NCBI GenBank assembly: GCA_963710755.1
Contig: CAVQBK010000003.1
Location: 448,001 to 512,000, forward strand
Direction of reading: 5' to 3'
Length of the DNA stretch: 64,000 nt
DNA from: an uncultured bacterium
GTDB lineage: Bacteria; Oederibacteriota; JAAXVQ01; JAUVAV01
Shown here in pieces: positions 17,202 to 26,385 of this stretch; position 1 is the first letter of the stretch, and every line of letters begins with the position of its first letter. Under the pieces are notes generated by a model, which ran no database searches, had not been told where the DNA came from, and was given only the letters and a program-made list of their open reading frames with translations. Position numbers and translations under genes: made by a program.

Positions 17202-17399
17202 ATGGATTGGCCTGAACAACCGGCATCATTTAAACCTATATCCACTACGAGCCTGACCGGTCCGAGCCTGGACCTCGGTCGCGGGGAAAACGATCTCTGG
17301 AAAAATGTGGAACAAGTTTATGCCGCGGACGGCAGCGTTAAAAAAACCAAACGCCTTAAATTCGTGCGTGTTCATCGCGGGGTTGAGGAGGAAGTATGA
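17202..17399 (+). CDS. Small hypothetical protein (65 aa) between flgH and flgI
   Basis: GGGGGAG RBS; stop overlaps the flgI start (ATGA). Confidence 0.5.
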   Translation: MDWPEQPASFKPISTTSLTGPSLDLGRGENDLWKNVEQVYAADGSVKKTKRLKFVRVHRGVEEEV

Positions 17400-18517
17400 A
17401 GCGTTGTGACCATCGTGCCCTAAGCATTATTCTGCTGATGCAGGTGTTGCTGCCGGGACTGGTCTCTTTAGCCGGGGCCATTGAGCTGACCATCAGGGAC
17501 GTGGCTCATGTACAAGGGTTAAGGGAAAACCAGCTCCTGGGTTACGGCCTGGTGGTGGGGCTCCAAGGCACGGGAGACAGCCGCTATTCAGGCGTCACCT
17601 CCAAGACCATGGCCAATATGCTGGAGAAATTCGGACTCAATCTCACCAACCGCGATTTTTCATCGCGCAATGCGGCGGCGGTTATGGTGACGACGACGCT
17701 TATGCCCTTCATGCGCGAAGGCGACCGCCTGGATGTGCATATTTCCTCCATCGGTGATGCCAAGAGCCTGCAAGGGGGCACATTGCTGATGACCCCGTTG
17801 TTTGCGGGCAATGAAACCATCTATGCCTATGCTCAGGGACCTGTTTCTGTGGGCGGTTATTACGCCGGCACCCGCTCCCAATCCATCCAGAAAAATGTGA
17901 CCACGGTCGGGGTCATCAGCAGCGGTGCTATTGTGGAAAAAATGGTGAATTCCACCTTTATTGAGAATGAGAAGTTGAAGTTAACCCTGGACCGCACGGA
18001 TTTTAGCCTAGCGGCAGCAGTGGTACAGGCTATCAACAAACAATTCGGCATGAACGTAGCCTCCACCAACAATGCCACTGATATTGCCATTACCATTCCC
18101 GAGCAACAGCAAAACGATCCGGTTGGGTTTATTGCCAAAGCCCTGGCTCTGCCCCTGAATGTGGACGAGCAACCGCGGGTGGTGGTGGACGAGCGCACCG
18201 GCACTATTGTGGTCGGCGGGGACGTAAAAATTTCCAAGGTGGCCATTTCCCATGGCGGCTTGCATATCGCCATTGCCGGAGAGACCCAAGTCGTGCAGCC
18301 TTTGCCGCTCAGCCTGGGACAGACCGTGGTAGCGGAAAACTTGTCGGTCCGAACGGATGAACAAAAGGGCGAATTGGTGAGCTTGCCGGCAGGCACCACC
18401 ATTGATGAGTTGGTTCGGGCTTTAAATACAGTGGGGACCTTGCCCCGTGATATTATGGTCATTTTACAGAACTTACGAACGGTAGGCGCTTTGCATGCCA
18501 GCATCTTGGCCCGATAG
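17396..18517 (+). CDS. flgI: Flagellar P-ring protein FlgI
   Basis: 'RENQLLGYGLVVGLQGTGD', 'SSIGDAKSLQGGTLLMTPL'. Confidence 0.97.
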   Translation: MKRCDHRALSIILLMQVLLPGLVSLAGAIELTIRDVAHVQGLRENQLLGYGLVVGLQGTGDSRYSGVTSKTMANMLEKFGLNLTNRDFSSRNAAAVMVTTTLMPFMREGDRLDVHISSIGDAKSLQGGTLLMTPLFAGNETIYAYAQGPVSVGGYYAGTRSQSIQKNVTTVGVISSGAIVEKMVNSTFIENEKLKLTLDRTDFSLAAAVVQAINKQFGMNVASTNNATDIAITIPEQQQNDPVGFIAKALALPLNVDEQPRVVVDERTGTIVVGGDVKISKVAISHGGLHIAIAGETQVVQPLPLSLGQTVVAENLSVRTDEQKGELVSLPAGTTIDELVRALNTVGTLPRDIMVILQNLRTVGALHASILAR

Positions 18518-18558
18518 TGATGGTGGCCAAAGCGCTTTTCCAGTCCCTGGGGGGGGAC

Positions 18559-18592
18559 CTGTGCACCGTCATCGGAAGATGACGGTGCACAG
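18559..18592. other. Perfect 15-bp hairpin with GGAA tetraloop
   Basis: ctgtgcaccgtcatc-ggaa-gatgacggtgcacag. Confidence 0.8.
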
Positions 18593-18639
18593 AAAAATAA
18601 TCGTTAATTTTAGTTTTTAACTAGATAAGGAGATAAAAG

Positions 18640-18939
18640 ATGGATATTGGGGCCTTAATGCCGGTTATAGCATCAGAAATGAACAAAAATGATCAATTAT
18701 CGTCTCCTGGCTCTAGCCAAGACCCTCAAAAAGTGGGCCAGCAGTTCGAAGCAGTCTTTTATAACCTCATGTTATCTGGCATGCATGACAGTGCTGCCGG
18801 GTTAAATAAGGATAAGGTCAACCATACCCAGGAGGATTGGGCCTGGGCCATGATGGTGCAAAAGTTATCCAATGAACTGGCCAAAGAAAACCATTTAAAA
18901 ATAGGAGATATCATTGAGGCCAGCCAGCCAAAAAAATAA
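18640..18939 (+). CDS. flgJ: Short FlgJ-like rod-binding protein (no muramidase domain)
   Basis: 'QKVGQQFEAVFYNLMLSGM'; position after flgI. Confidence 0.7.
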   Translation: MDIGALMPVIASEMNKNDQLSSPGSSQDPQKVGQQFEAVFYNLMLSGMHDSAAGLNKDKVNHTQEDWAWAMMVQKLSNELAKENHLKIGDIIEASQPKK

Positions 18940-18960
18940 TGAAATAAAGTAAAAAAAAGT

Positions 18961-18988
18961 TAAAGTTTTTATTCCGTTGGAACGAAAC
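18961..18988 (+). promoter_or_regulatory. sigma28-type promoter upstream of flgM
   Basis: TAAA-N16-AACGAAAC; nearly the same motif precedes fliD. Confidence 0.6.
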
Positions 18989-19028
18989 CTAGATTGAAGT
19001 CAAATCCCATCGAAAGGGGGAGAATACC

Positions 19029-19640
19029 ATGAGTATCGAAGGATTGCCGCCATCATCGAACCCATTCTCCCGGATGGATAAGGCAGACGATATCAAGAAA
19101 CCTTCCAGCGTCAAAGAGACGGGCAAAGCCGCACCAGCGCCAAAAGCGGCAACGCCCGAGACTCAGGCCGGCACACCGGCCACCCCAAAGGCGGAAACAC
19201 CGGCCCAGGCAACGCCGACGCAGGAGAATCCTGTTCAGGAACAGCAAAAGGTCATTAAGGACAAGGTTTCCCATTATATTGCCGAATTGCAAACCTTATC
19301 AGAAAAGCTGAAAAAGAACCAGGAGCTTCATCAAACCCGAAGCAAAATTGACACTATGGGCGCTTCTCTGCGGGAAATGGAAAAGGAGTTAAACGACGCC
19401 ATTACCGAGCGTTACGGTGATTCCCTGTCTCTTGATCAGACCTATACCAAAATGTCCTATTGGGACAAATTGGATGTAATGGCCAAATCGCAAACCATCA
19501 ATCGTTTAAAGGACAAAATTCGCGATACCACCATTGACCGTGCCCATCTGGTCAATCAGCTGAAAGAAGAAATTGTCTCGGGCACCTATGCCCCCAGCAG
19601 CGACCGGATTTTAAAAGGCATGATCAAGGAATTTTTCTGA
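19029..19640 (+). CDS. flgM: Extended FlgM-like anti-sigma28 factor
   Basis: C-term 'DRAHLVNQLKEEIVSGTYAPSSDRILKGMI'; located between flgJ and flgN. Confidence 0.7.
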   Translation: MSIEGLPPSSNPFSRMDKADDIKKPSSVKETGKAAPAPKAATPETQAGTPATPKAETPAQATPTQENPVQEQQKVIKDKVSHYIAELQTLSEKLKKNQELHQTRSKIDTMGASLREMEKELNDAITERYGDSLSLDQTYTKMSYWDKLDVMAKSQTINRLKDKIRDTTIDRAHLVNQLKEEIVSGTYAPSSDRILKGMIKEFF

Positions 19641-19654
19641 GGAAGGGTAGCGCC

Positions 19655-20152
19655 ATGGAACTAAGCTGGAAGCGATTAATGAAGGTCATGGATGAGCTTG
19701 GCGCCAAAGTCCAACGCTTAATTGCCATCAGCCAAGACCTGCATCAAGCCATCATTGCAGAAAAAGTGGACATCATCGGACAGGTGGTCATTGACCAGGA
19801 AAAGGAGATGAAAGCTTTTGAGGACCTGGAGCGCGAGCGCCTGGCCCTGGTCAATTCGTTGGGCGCTCAGTTTCGTTTGGCGCCGTCCCAGGTCACGGCT
19901 GCGGCCTTGCAGGCTCACATCCCGCCGGCATGGAGCAACGACTACCGTCTGCAGGTGATGCGCCTTAAGCAAGGTATGGACGAACTGAAACAAGCCAATC
20001 TGGTCAATCAACGATTATTGCAGCAATCGCGGGAATTTATGTCCTGGCTGATCAATTATCTGGTTACCCCCAGCGGAGCTTCCGCTTTATACAATGATTC
20101 CGGTATCAGCATTCAGAATAGTTGCTATCACGTGGTTAATCAAAATATGTAA
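19655..20152 (+). CDS. flgN: FlgN family export chaperone
   Basis: Helical, 'LERERLAL', 'LKQANLVNQRLLQQS'; precedes flgK. Confidence 0.8.
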   Translation: MELSWKRLMKVMDELGAKVQRLIAISQDLHQAIIAEKVDIIGQVVIDQEKEMKAFEDLERERLALVNSLGAQFRLAPSQVTAAALQAHIPPAWSNDYRLQVMRLKQGMDELKQANLVNQRLLQQSREFMSWLINYLVTPSGASALYNDSGISIQNSCYHVVNQNM

Positions 20153-20164
20153 GAGGAGTACTAC

Positions 20165-21580
20165 ATGTATTCGACGTTTTTTGGGATTGAGCTTGGGAAA
20201 ACCGCTCTCCTGGCACAGCAAATGGCGCTGCACACCACGGCCCATAATATTGCCAATGTCAATACACCCGGCTATTCACGACAGCTTACTTCTCTGGTGA
20301 CCAATGCGCCCTTTAATCTTCCGGAAGCCAACCGTGTTCAGATGCCGGGCCAGATGGGCACCGGCGTCAAGGTGGATTTTATCAGCCGCGCCCGGGACAT
20401 GATGTTGGAGCGGCAAATTCAGCAGGAAACATCAAAACAATCGGTTATGGACAGCAAGGTGAGTTATTTAAACCAGGTGGAATCCATTATCAATGAACCG
20501 GCCGATAGTTCCATTGGTGATGCTTTGGATGCTTTCTGGGCCAGCTGGCAGGAACTGTCCGTTTATCCTGACGATGTTTCTGTCCGTAACAGCCTGATAT
20601 CCAAAACCCAGCAATTGCTGCATCTGATGAAAAATAAGGACAGTAATTTACAGGAATTGCAGAATCAGGCGGATACCACCTACCGCAGCGATGTGGATCA
20701 GATCAATGCCCTTGCCGGCCAGATCCGGGACATTAACATCAAGATCAATCAATCGGAGGGCGTGGACACGGAGCCTAACGATCTGCTGGATAAACGCGAT
20801 GCCCTGTTGCGGGATTTGTCGAAACTGGTTAATTTCAGCGGCACTGAAATGGAGAATGGCCTGTATGCCATCACCATCAACGGTCACACCCTGGTGCAGG
20901 ATGAAGAATTCATTCCTATCAATGTGGTAAATGATCCTCTTAACAATAATTTTGCCCAGGCTGTCTGGTCTGATGACAGTACGGCGGTCGGCATCTCCAG
21001 CGGTGCCTTGCAAGGGTTGGTGGAGATCCGTGATGCCCATCTGCCGGTGTACCGCGGCGCGCTGGACAGTATTGCCCAGGAACTGATCAATGTCATCAAT
21101 CCCCTGCACAGCGCAGGCTATGCCCTGAATGCCGCCGCACCCTCAGGCTTGGGATTCTTTACGGGCACGGGACTGGCGGATATTGAAGTCAATGCCGCCA
21201 TTGTAGCTGATCCCACCCAGATAGCGGCTGCGGTTAATCCCACAGCGCCGGGTGACGGCTCCAACGCCCTGGCCATTGCCCAGTTGCAAAATGTGGACAG
21301 CATGACTGGTGGTACTCAGTCTATTGGTGAGTTTTATCAAGCCTTTCTCAGTCAGATCGGCTTGGACAGTCAGGACGCCCAGAACAATCAGGATATCCAG
21401 ACCAAGCTGGTACAAAGTTTTGAGAACCTGCAGGAATCCCAATCCGGCGTCAATCTCGATGAAGAGATGACCGATATGATGCGTTATCAGGAAGGTTATC
21501 AAGCCGCCATCAGGGTGGTAACCTCCATGGATGAAATGATTGATACCGTGGTCAACCGTATGGGAGTTGTTGGCCGGTAA
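20165..21580 (+). CDS. flgK: Hook-associated protein FlgK
   Basis: 'HNIANVNTPGYSRQ', 'NDLLDKRD', 'SGVNLDEEM'. Confidence 0.96.
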   Translation: MYSTFFGIELGKTALLAQQMALHTTAHNIANVNTPGYSRQLTSLVTNAPFNLPEANRVQMPGQMGTGVKVDFISRARDMMLERQIQQETSKQSVMDSKVSYLNQVESIINEPADSSIGDALDAFWASWQELSVYPDDVSVRNSLISKTQQLLHLMKNKDSNLQELQNQADTTYRSDVDQINALAGQIRDINIKINQSEGVDTEPNDLLDKRDALLRDLSKLVNFSGTEMENGLYAITINGHTLVQDEEFIPINVVNDPLNNNFAQAVWSDDSTAVGISSGALQGLVEIRDAHLPVYRGALDSIAQELINVINPLHSAGYALNAAAPSGLGFFTGTGLADIEVNAAIVADPTQIAAAVNPTAPGDGSNALAIAQLQNVDSMTGGTQSIGEFYQAFLSQIGLDSQDAQNNQDIQTKLVQSFENLQESQSGVNLDEEMTDMMRYQEGYQAAIRVVTSMDEMIDTVVNRMGVVGR

Positions 21581-21614
21581 ATAAAGCACTTCAATACTAA
21601 GTGAGGTGAAGGAC

Positions 21615-22526
21615 ATGCGCGTCACCGGCAACATGATGTCCAACCAAATTATTCAAAACCTTAATATCGACCTGGCGCGTTTGCAGGACGTGCATGAGCA
21701 GGCATCCACCGGCAAAAGAATCAATCGTCCCAGCGATGATCCCCTGGGCACGCAGCGGGTGGCCAACCTCAATGAAGCCCTGGACGGGATCGACCAATTT
21801 CAACGGAACGCCAGTTTTGTGACCAATTGGATCAGCGCCTCCGAGGCCGCACTGAGCGGTGCGGGCGAGGCCCTGCAACGGGCCAACACCCTGGCTGTGC
21901 GCGCTTCCAATGATGTCACCTTGAATCAACAGGAGCGCAACACCATTGCTGATGAAGTTAATTCCATTCTCGAGGGGCTGGTGGCGGCCGGCAACACCAA
22001 GCTGGAGGGCAAAGGTCTTTTCAGTGGGTTTCAAACCAGCAGTGACGCTTTTACCACCACCGTGGTGGGCGGTGAAATCACGACGGTCGCTTACAGCGGA
22101 GACAGCGGTGTGGACCAGGTGGAGATTGACCAGGGCCTGGTGGTGAATAAAAACGTTACCGGCGACGGTGTGTTTCAACCGGGTGCCGGTATTGATGTGT
22201 TCCAGGCCCTCATTGATTTGCGGGATAATCTGCGCGCCAACAACACCGCCGGCATTCATGCCGGCATCACCGATACCGACCAGGCCCAACAGCAGGTGGT
22301 GGAACAAGTGTCCATGCTGGGCAATAAGACCAATATGCTGGAAATGGCCGGGGAGAACATCAGCGCGCGCAAGGTGGGGCTGGTGAAACTTAACAGTGAA
22401 CTGGCTGACGCCGATATGCCCGAGACCATTGTGCGCCTGCAGACCGCCCAGAATGTGTTGGATTCAGCCCTGCAATCCAGCGCGCGTATTATGCAACAAC
22501 AAAGTTTGGCCGATTTTCTGGCCTAG
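21615..22526 (+). CDS. flgL: Hook-associated protein FlgL
   Basis: 'MRVT...STGKRINRPSDDP', 'QQSLADFL'. Confidence 0.93.
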   Translation: MRVTGNMMSNQIIQNLNIDLARLQDVHEQASTGKRINRPSDDPLGTQRVANLNEALDGIDQFQRNASFVTNWISASEAALSGAGEALQRANTLAVRASNDVTLNQQERNTIADEVNSILEGLVAAGNTKLEGKGLFSGFQTSSDAFTTTVVGGEITTVAYSGDSGVDQVEIDQGLVVNKNVTGDGVFQPGAGIDVFQALIDLRDNLRANNTAGIHAGITDTDQAQQQVVEQVSMLGNKTNMLEMAGENISARKVGLVKLNSELADADMPETIVRLQTAQNVLDSALQSSARIMQQQSLADFLA

Positions 22527-22604
22527 ATCAAGGCCGCCGGCAAGGGTCAAGTTAAGCTCCGGGCCCGGCCGGTGAGTATCAATCAGGTTGGGGGAGGAAC
22601 AGCA

Positions 22605-23108
22605 GTGAAAATCAACTCAAGGCATTTTGGAGAATTGGACATCAACGAAGAAAAAATCATTCATTTTCCCAAAGGTATCATCGGCTTTCCCGAGGCTAAG
22701 CAGTTCTGCTTGTTCAGCATGCCCGAGATCGAGCCCTATCAATGGCTCCAGAGTGTGGATCAGCAGGACCTGGCTTTTGTAGTGGTGCCCATATTGATGC
22801 TCAAGCCTGATTATAAATTGTTTATGACCAAAGCGGATCATCTGGCGCTGGGGTTTGAAAAGGAGGAAATGCCGCTGCTGCTGGGGATTGTGGTCATTCC
22901 CGAGGATCCGCATAAAGCCACGGTCAACCTGTTGGCGCCCATTGCCATCAATGAGGAGCGGCGTCTGGCCGGGCAAGTGGTGAACGAATGCCGGGATTAC
23001 AAGACACGCCATGTCATCAAGGAAGAACTTAAGTCAAATGCCAGGGAGGGCAGTGATCATGTTGGTGTTAACGAGGAAGAAAAATCAGTCGTTGAAAGTC
23101 GGGGATGA
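22605..23108 (+). CDS. fliW: Flagellar assembly factor FliW
   Basis: 'SRHFGE...IHFPKGIIGF', 'WLQS', 'TVNLLAPIAIN'; GTG start after GGAGG. Confidence 0.93.
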   Translation: MKINSRHFGELDINEEKIIHFPKGIIGFPEAKQFCLFSMPEIEPYQWLQSVDQQDLAFVVVPILMLKPDYKLFMTKADHLALGFEKEEMPLLLGIVVIPEDPHKATVNLLAPIAINEERRLAGQVVNECRDYKTRHVIKEELKSNAREGSDHVGVNEEEKSVVESRG

Positions 23109-23301
23109 GATAGAAATACGGGTTTTGGAAATCAACGGGGAACAGGTCCGGCTTGGCATCAGTGCTCCGGTCTCGGTACGGGTACTGCGCAAGGAACTGT
23201 ATACCGATATCCACCAGCAAAACCTGCAAGCCGCATCCATGCAAAGTCTTAAAGGACTCCATCAGGTCCAGCCCGATCAGAAGAAAGGGCAAGACCACTA
23301 G
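23059..23301 (+). CDS. csrA: Carbon storage regulator CsrA
   Basis: 'MLVLTRKKNQSLKVGDEIEIRVLEI.GEQVRLGISAP..V.VLRKELY'. Confidence 0.95.
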   Translation: MLVLTRKKNQSLKVGDEIEIRVLEINGEQVRLGISAPVSVRVLRKELYTDIHQQNLQAASMQSLKGLHQVQPDQKKGQDH

Positions 23302-23324
23302 TTGTTGGGCCATTATCATCGGGC

Positions 23325-23439
23325 CGCAGGATAAGTCAATGGCCTTATCCACGTCGTGCAGAGGGAGGCTGCATCACCGGCAGGATGAATGGGGAATATT
23401 GGCAAGGAAGCCAAAACCACTATCAAGGAGGATGAAACA
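23325..23439 (+). promoter_or_regulatory. Putative CsrA-binding sites in the fliC1 leader
   Basis: GGA motifs in hairpin loops (tgcag-agggagg-ctgca; ggc-aaggaa-gcc) plus CAGGA sites and the RBS. Confidence 0.6.
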
Positions 23440-24264
23440 ATGGGATTTGCAATCAATCACAATGTACCGTCAGTAGCAGCTTTGGGAGCTTTGGACAAAA
23501 CGACAACCGCCATCGGAAAATCGTTGTCCAAACTTTCCACGGGTTTGCGCATCGTGAAATCAGGCGATGATGCTTCCGGGTTGGTCATCAGTGAGCGCAT
23601 GCGTGCGCAGATCAACGGGCTGCAAACCGCCAAACTGAACGCTGCCGAAGGCATCAACATGCTCTCCACCGCGGAAGGCGTGCTCAACGAAATCCACAGC
23701 ATTTTGCAACGCATGAACACTCTGGCCGTGCGGGCCGACAACAGCGTCACCATTGCCCCCGGTTCCGCGGAATTGCAAGCCTTACAGGATGAAAGCGACG
23801 CCTTGGTGCAGGAAGTCGACCGTATCGCCGGGTATGCGCAATTTAACGGGGTTACTCTCCTCGACGGCTCGCTCAGTGGGAACCTGCAAGTTGGTCCCAG
23901 CGCGGGCGCCGACAACGTTATTGCCACCACCTTGGGCGCTATCGACTCCACCACTTTGGGCGTGAATGCCCTGACCTTGGGCGACGGCGGAACGGCCATC
24001 ACCGCCATCACCGCTGCGATTGAGACCTTAGGTACCAACCGCGGCGATCTGGGTGTGGCCATGAACCGTCTGGAGCACACGATCGTCAACCTCGACACCA
24101 TGATCGAGAACACGACCGCTTCGGAAAGCCGTATCCGCGATGTGGATATGTCCGAAGAAATCTCCAACTTCACGCGACTCCAAATCCTGCAACAATCGGG
24201 AACGTCCATGCTGGCTCAAGCTAATGCCCAGCCACAAGCTGTGCTTAGTCTACTGCGCGGCTAA
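23440..24264 (+). CDS. fliC: Flagellin (short, D0/D1-only type), copy 1
   Basis: 'KLSTGLRI...DDASGL.ISERMRAQI.GL', 'SRIRDVDM', 'LAQAN..PQAVLSLL'. Confidence 0.97.
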   Translation: MGFAINHNVPSVAALGALDKTTTAIGKSLSKLSTGLRIVKSGDDASGLVISERMRAQINGLQTAKLNAAEGINMLSTAEGVLNEIHSILQRMNTLAVRADNSVTIAPGSAELQALQDESDALVQEVDRIAGYAQFNGVTLLDGSLSGNLQVGPSAGADNVIATTLGAIDSTTLGVNALTLGDGGTAITAITAAIETLGTNRGDLGVAMNRLEHTIVNLDTMIENTTASESRIRDVDMSEEISNFTRLQILQQSGTSMLAQANAQPQAVLSLLRG

Positions 24265-24280
24265 CCCATTGCCCCATGAG

Positions 24281-24318
24281 AAAAGCCGGACCGGGATCTC
24301 CCGGCCCGGCTTTTTTTT
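24281..24318 (+). terminator. Intrinsic terminator after fliC1
   Basis: agccggaccggga-tc-tcccggcccggct followed by a T-tract. Confidence 0.9.
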
Positions 24319-24532
24319 ATGCCGTTCAACTGCAGGGGCTGGGAATGGCCATGATCGTTCCCGGCAAGCATCAATCCACCTCAGGGGAAAACGGCAGGTA
24401 TCGATTTGGGTGAAACAAAAAAAATCATATAATTCACCTTTGCCAAAGTTGAGCTATATTGGATGACGGATTAATTCTTGTTATCGATGGTGATATTGAA
24501 GCACATAAACATGAACGACGAAAGAAAAGCCC

Positions 24533-24688
24533 ATGGACGCCGTAACGGTATCTCCGAAGTATCAGGTGGTCATTCCCCGCATGATCAGGGAAGCTTTAAA
24601 GATCAAGCCGGGGGAGAAGATGCAGGTCGTTCGTTATGGAAACCGCATCGAGCTGGCTGGAATATTTTGCAGACGCCCGCAATGCTGA
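24533..24688 (+). pseudogene. Truncated AbrB/MazE-type (VapB) antitoxin
   Basis: Manual translation MDAVTVSPKYQVVIPRMIREALKIKPGEKMQVVRYGNRIEL, then runs out of frame into the toxin. Confidence 0.75.
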
Positions 24689-25019
24689 TTTTTTCGCTCC
24701 GATCATTGAAAAACCAACCCAACTACTTGTACCGGCTGTCTCCATTTATGAGGTGTTTAAAAGAAATTTGCAGCAGCGTGATGAAAATGAAGACTTAAAA
24801 ACCATTGCCGTCATGGCCCAAGGGCGCGTGGTGGATTTGGATGACAGCCTGGCCCTGGAAGCCGCCAAGCTCAGCGTGGATTACAAATTACCCATAACAG
24901 ACAGCATGATCCTGGCCACGGCTTGGGCCTATAAAGTCACCTTGTGGACTCAAGGTGAAGATTTTAAGGGATTGCATCTGGTGAAGTACATCCCAAAGAA
25001 ATCAACCGCGATAGAATAG
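24645..25019 (+). pseudogene. N-terminally deleted VapC (PIN) toxin
   Basis: 'SSWLEYFAD..IYEVFK..DS.ILATA..LWTQGEDF'; lacks the 'MNVVD' start and has D>G in TQD. Confidence 0.75.
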
Positions 25020-25124
25020 TGCTTGATTGCGGGGAGTACCGGCCTGCGTGGTTTCATTAAAAGCATAGTCCATGCCACGGTGCTAAGATGGCGCTAATGC
25101 AGGACATCACAAATAGCTTTCAGA

Positions 25125-25216
25125 TGTCACCCCGGCAGCTTGTTGCCATGGTCCAATAAGAGCTATTAATGATGGAAAAAAATCGGGATTCCGGCTAAAA
25201 TCATGCCGGCATGACG
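25125..25216. repeat. Degenerate GTCA..CCGGC REP-like inverted element
   Basis: tgtcaccccggc..gtcca ... ggattccggctaaaatcatgccggcatgacg. Confidence 0.55.
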
Positions 25217-25362
25217 CAGAAAATGAAAAAGCAAAAGTAAAGAAGCGTTGGACACACTACACTAGCGCTATTTTTATGGGGGCTCAACATGTTGATCCCC
25301 TAACGGACGTAGGATCGATTTTGATCGGGTGAATGGATCATTAATTCTAAAGGAGATTTTGG

Positions 25363-26349
25363 ATGATGAAAAAAATTGGATTATTAAGCTTGCTGGTTTT
25401 GCTCACGTTCAGTCTGGCCCAGGCCGACATTCCTAAGATTATTCATTTTCAAGGCCGGTTGACTGACCTGAGTGGTGTTCCCATAAGCGAGGGCGGTCAT
25501 GGCATTACGTTTAATCTTTGGGATGCCGAAACCGGGGGGAACCTCTTATGGACAGGGAATTATACGGTATCGACCAAAAGCGGCTACTACAGTATAGATC
25601 TTGGTGACAGCCCTAGTCCTTTTCCGGCGGCCATGACGTTTGATCAACCTTATTATCTGGATCTGCAAGTTGGAGGAGATCCTGATGTATTAAGCCCCCG
25701 TATCAAACTGGACAGTGCAGCCTATGCCATGAATGTTGCCGACAATGCCATTGTGACTACCAAGCTCAAAGACGGCGCCGTGACGGAGGCTAAACTGGCC
25801 GACAGCGCCGTGACCACTGCCAAACTGGACGACAGCGCCGTAACCAACGCTAAACTTGCCTATCATGCTATTACGGCAGACAAGATGGAGAACAGTGCGG
25901 TCATTACCGACAAAATTGCCGACAATGCCGTGACCACAACCAAGGTAGCCGACAGTGCGGTCACCAATGCCAAACTTGCCGCGGGCGCGGTGACGGGAAG
26001 TAAAATTACGGACGGGTCGGTAACCGCAACCAAAATTGCCAATGGTGCTGTGAATTCTCAAGCCAAAGCACCTTATGCGCCAGAAGTTTATTTTAATGGT
26101 ACCAGGACACCTAATATTAAAATACTTACCGGATCAAGCGGGACTAATGCTTCAGGATATGAAAAAGTCAATTTTCCAACAAACTTTTTTAGCACGCCGC
26201 CAAGAGTTTTTTTTACGGCCAGTAACAACACTTATTTAGTAGCGATGGATCTGCAAAGTGTTACCAAAGATTATTTTGAAGTTTGGTCAAGATATATGAA
26301 CAGTCAAGCATTTCCAACGAGTTATCAGTGGATGGCCATCGGATATTAG
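25363..26349 (+). CDS. Secreted fibre-like protein with 10-aa 'AVTxAKLADS' repeats and a WIAG-tail/gp53-like C-terminus
   Basis: Signal peptide; 'IHFQGRLTD..G.P'; about 10 repeats; ends 'YQWMAIGY'. Confidence 0.75.
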   Translation: MMKKIGLLSLLVLLTFSLAQADIPKIIHFQGRLTDLSGVPISEGGHGITFNLWDAETGGNLLWTGNYTVSTKSGYYSIDLGDSPSPFPAAMTFDQPYYLDLQVGGDPDVLSPRIKLDSAAYAMNVADNAIVTTKLKDGAVTEAKLADSAVTTAKLDDSAVTNAKLAYHAITADKMENSAVITDKIADNAVTTTKVADSAVTNAKLAAGAVTGSKITDGSVTATKIANGAVNSQAKAPYAPEVYFNGTRTPNIKILTGSSGTNASGYEKVNFPTNFFSTPPRVFFTASNNTYLVAMDLQSVTKDYFEVWSRYMNSQAFPTSYQWMAIGY

Positions 26350-26385
26350 AGCTATTTATAACCTGTTTTTGATGGGATCACCATA

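Noticed and set aside
23250-23279. TAAA...CCCGATCA as a sigma28 promoter for fliC1
   Set aside because: The spacer is 18 nt, against 16 in the other candidates.
23704-23736. Divergent TLR5 epitope (LQRMNTLAVRA versus LQRxRELAVQ) as immune evasion
   Set aside because: There is no evidence of a host association, and lineage divergence is a sufficient explanation.
23457-24209. 250-aa antisense ORFs over both flagellins (also 43777-44529)
   Set aside because: Shadow ORFs whose similarity simply mirrors the fliC duplication.
24478-24798. 106-aa ORF
   Set aside because: Wrong frame. The region is explained by the vapB/vapC remnants.
25363-26349. Prophage remnant or DGR target
   Set aside because: It has a signal peptide. 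There are no phage structural genes, reverse transcriptase or TR/VR pair in the window.
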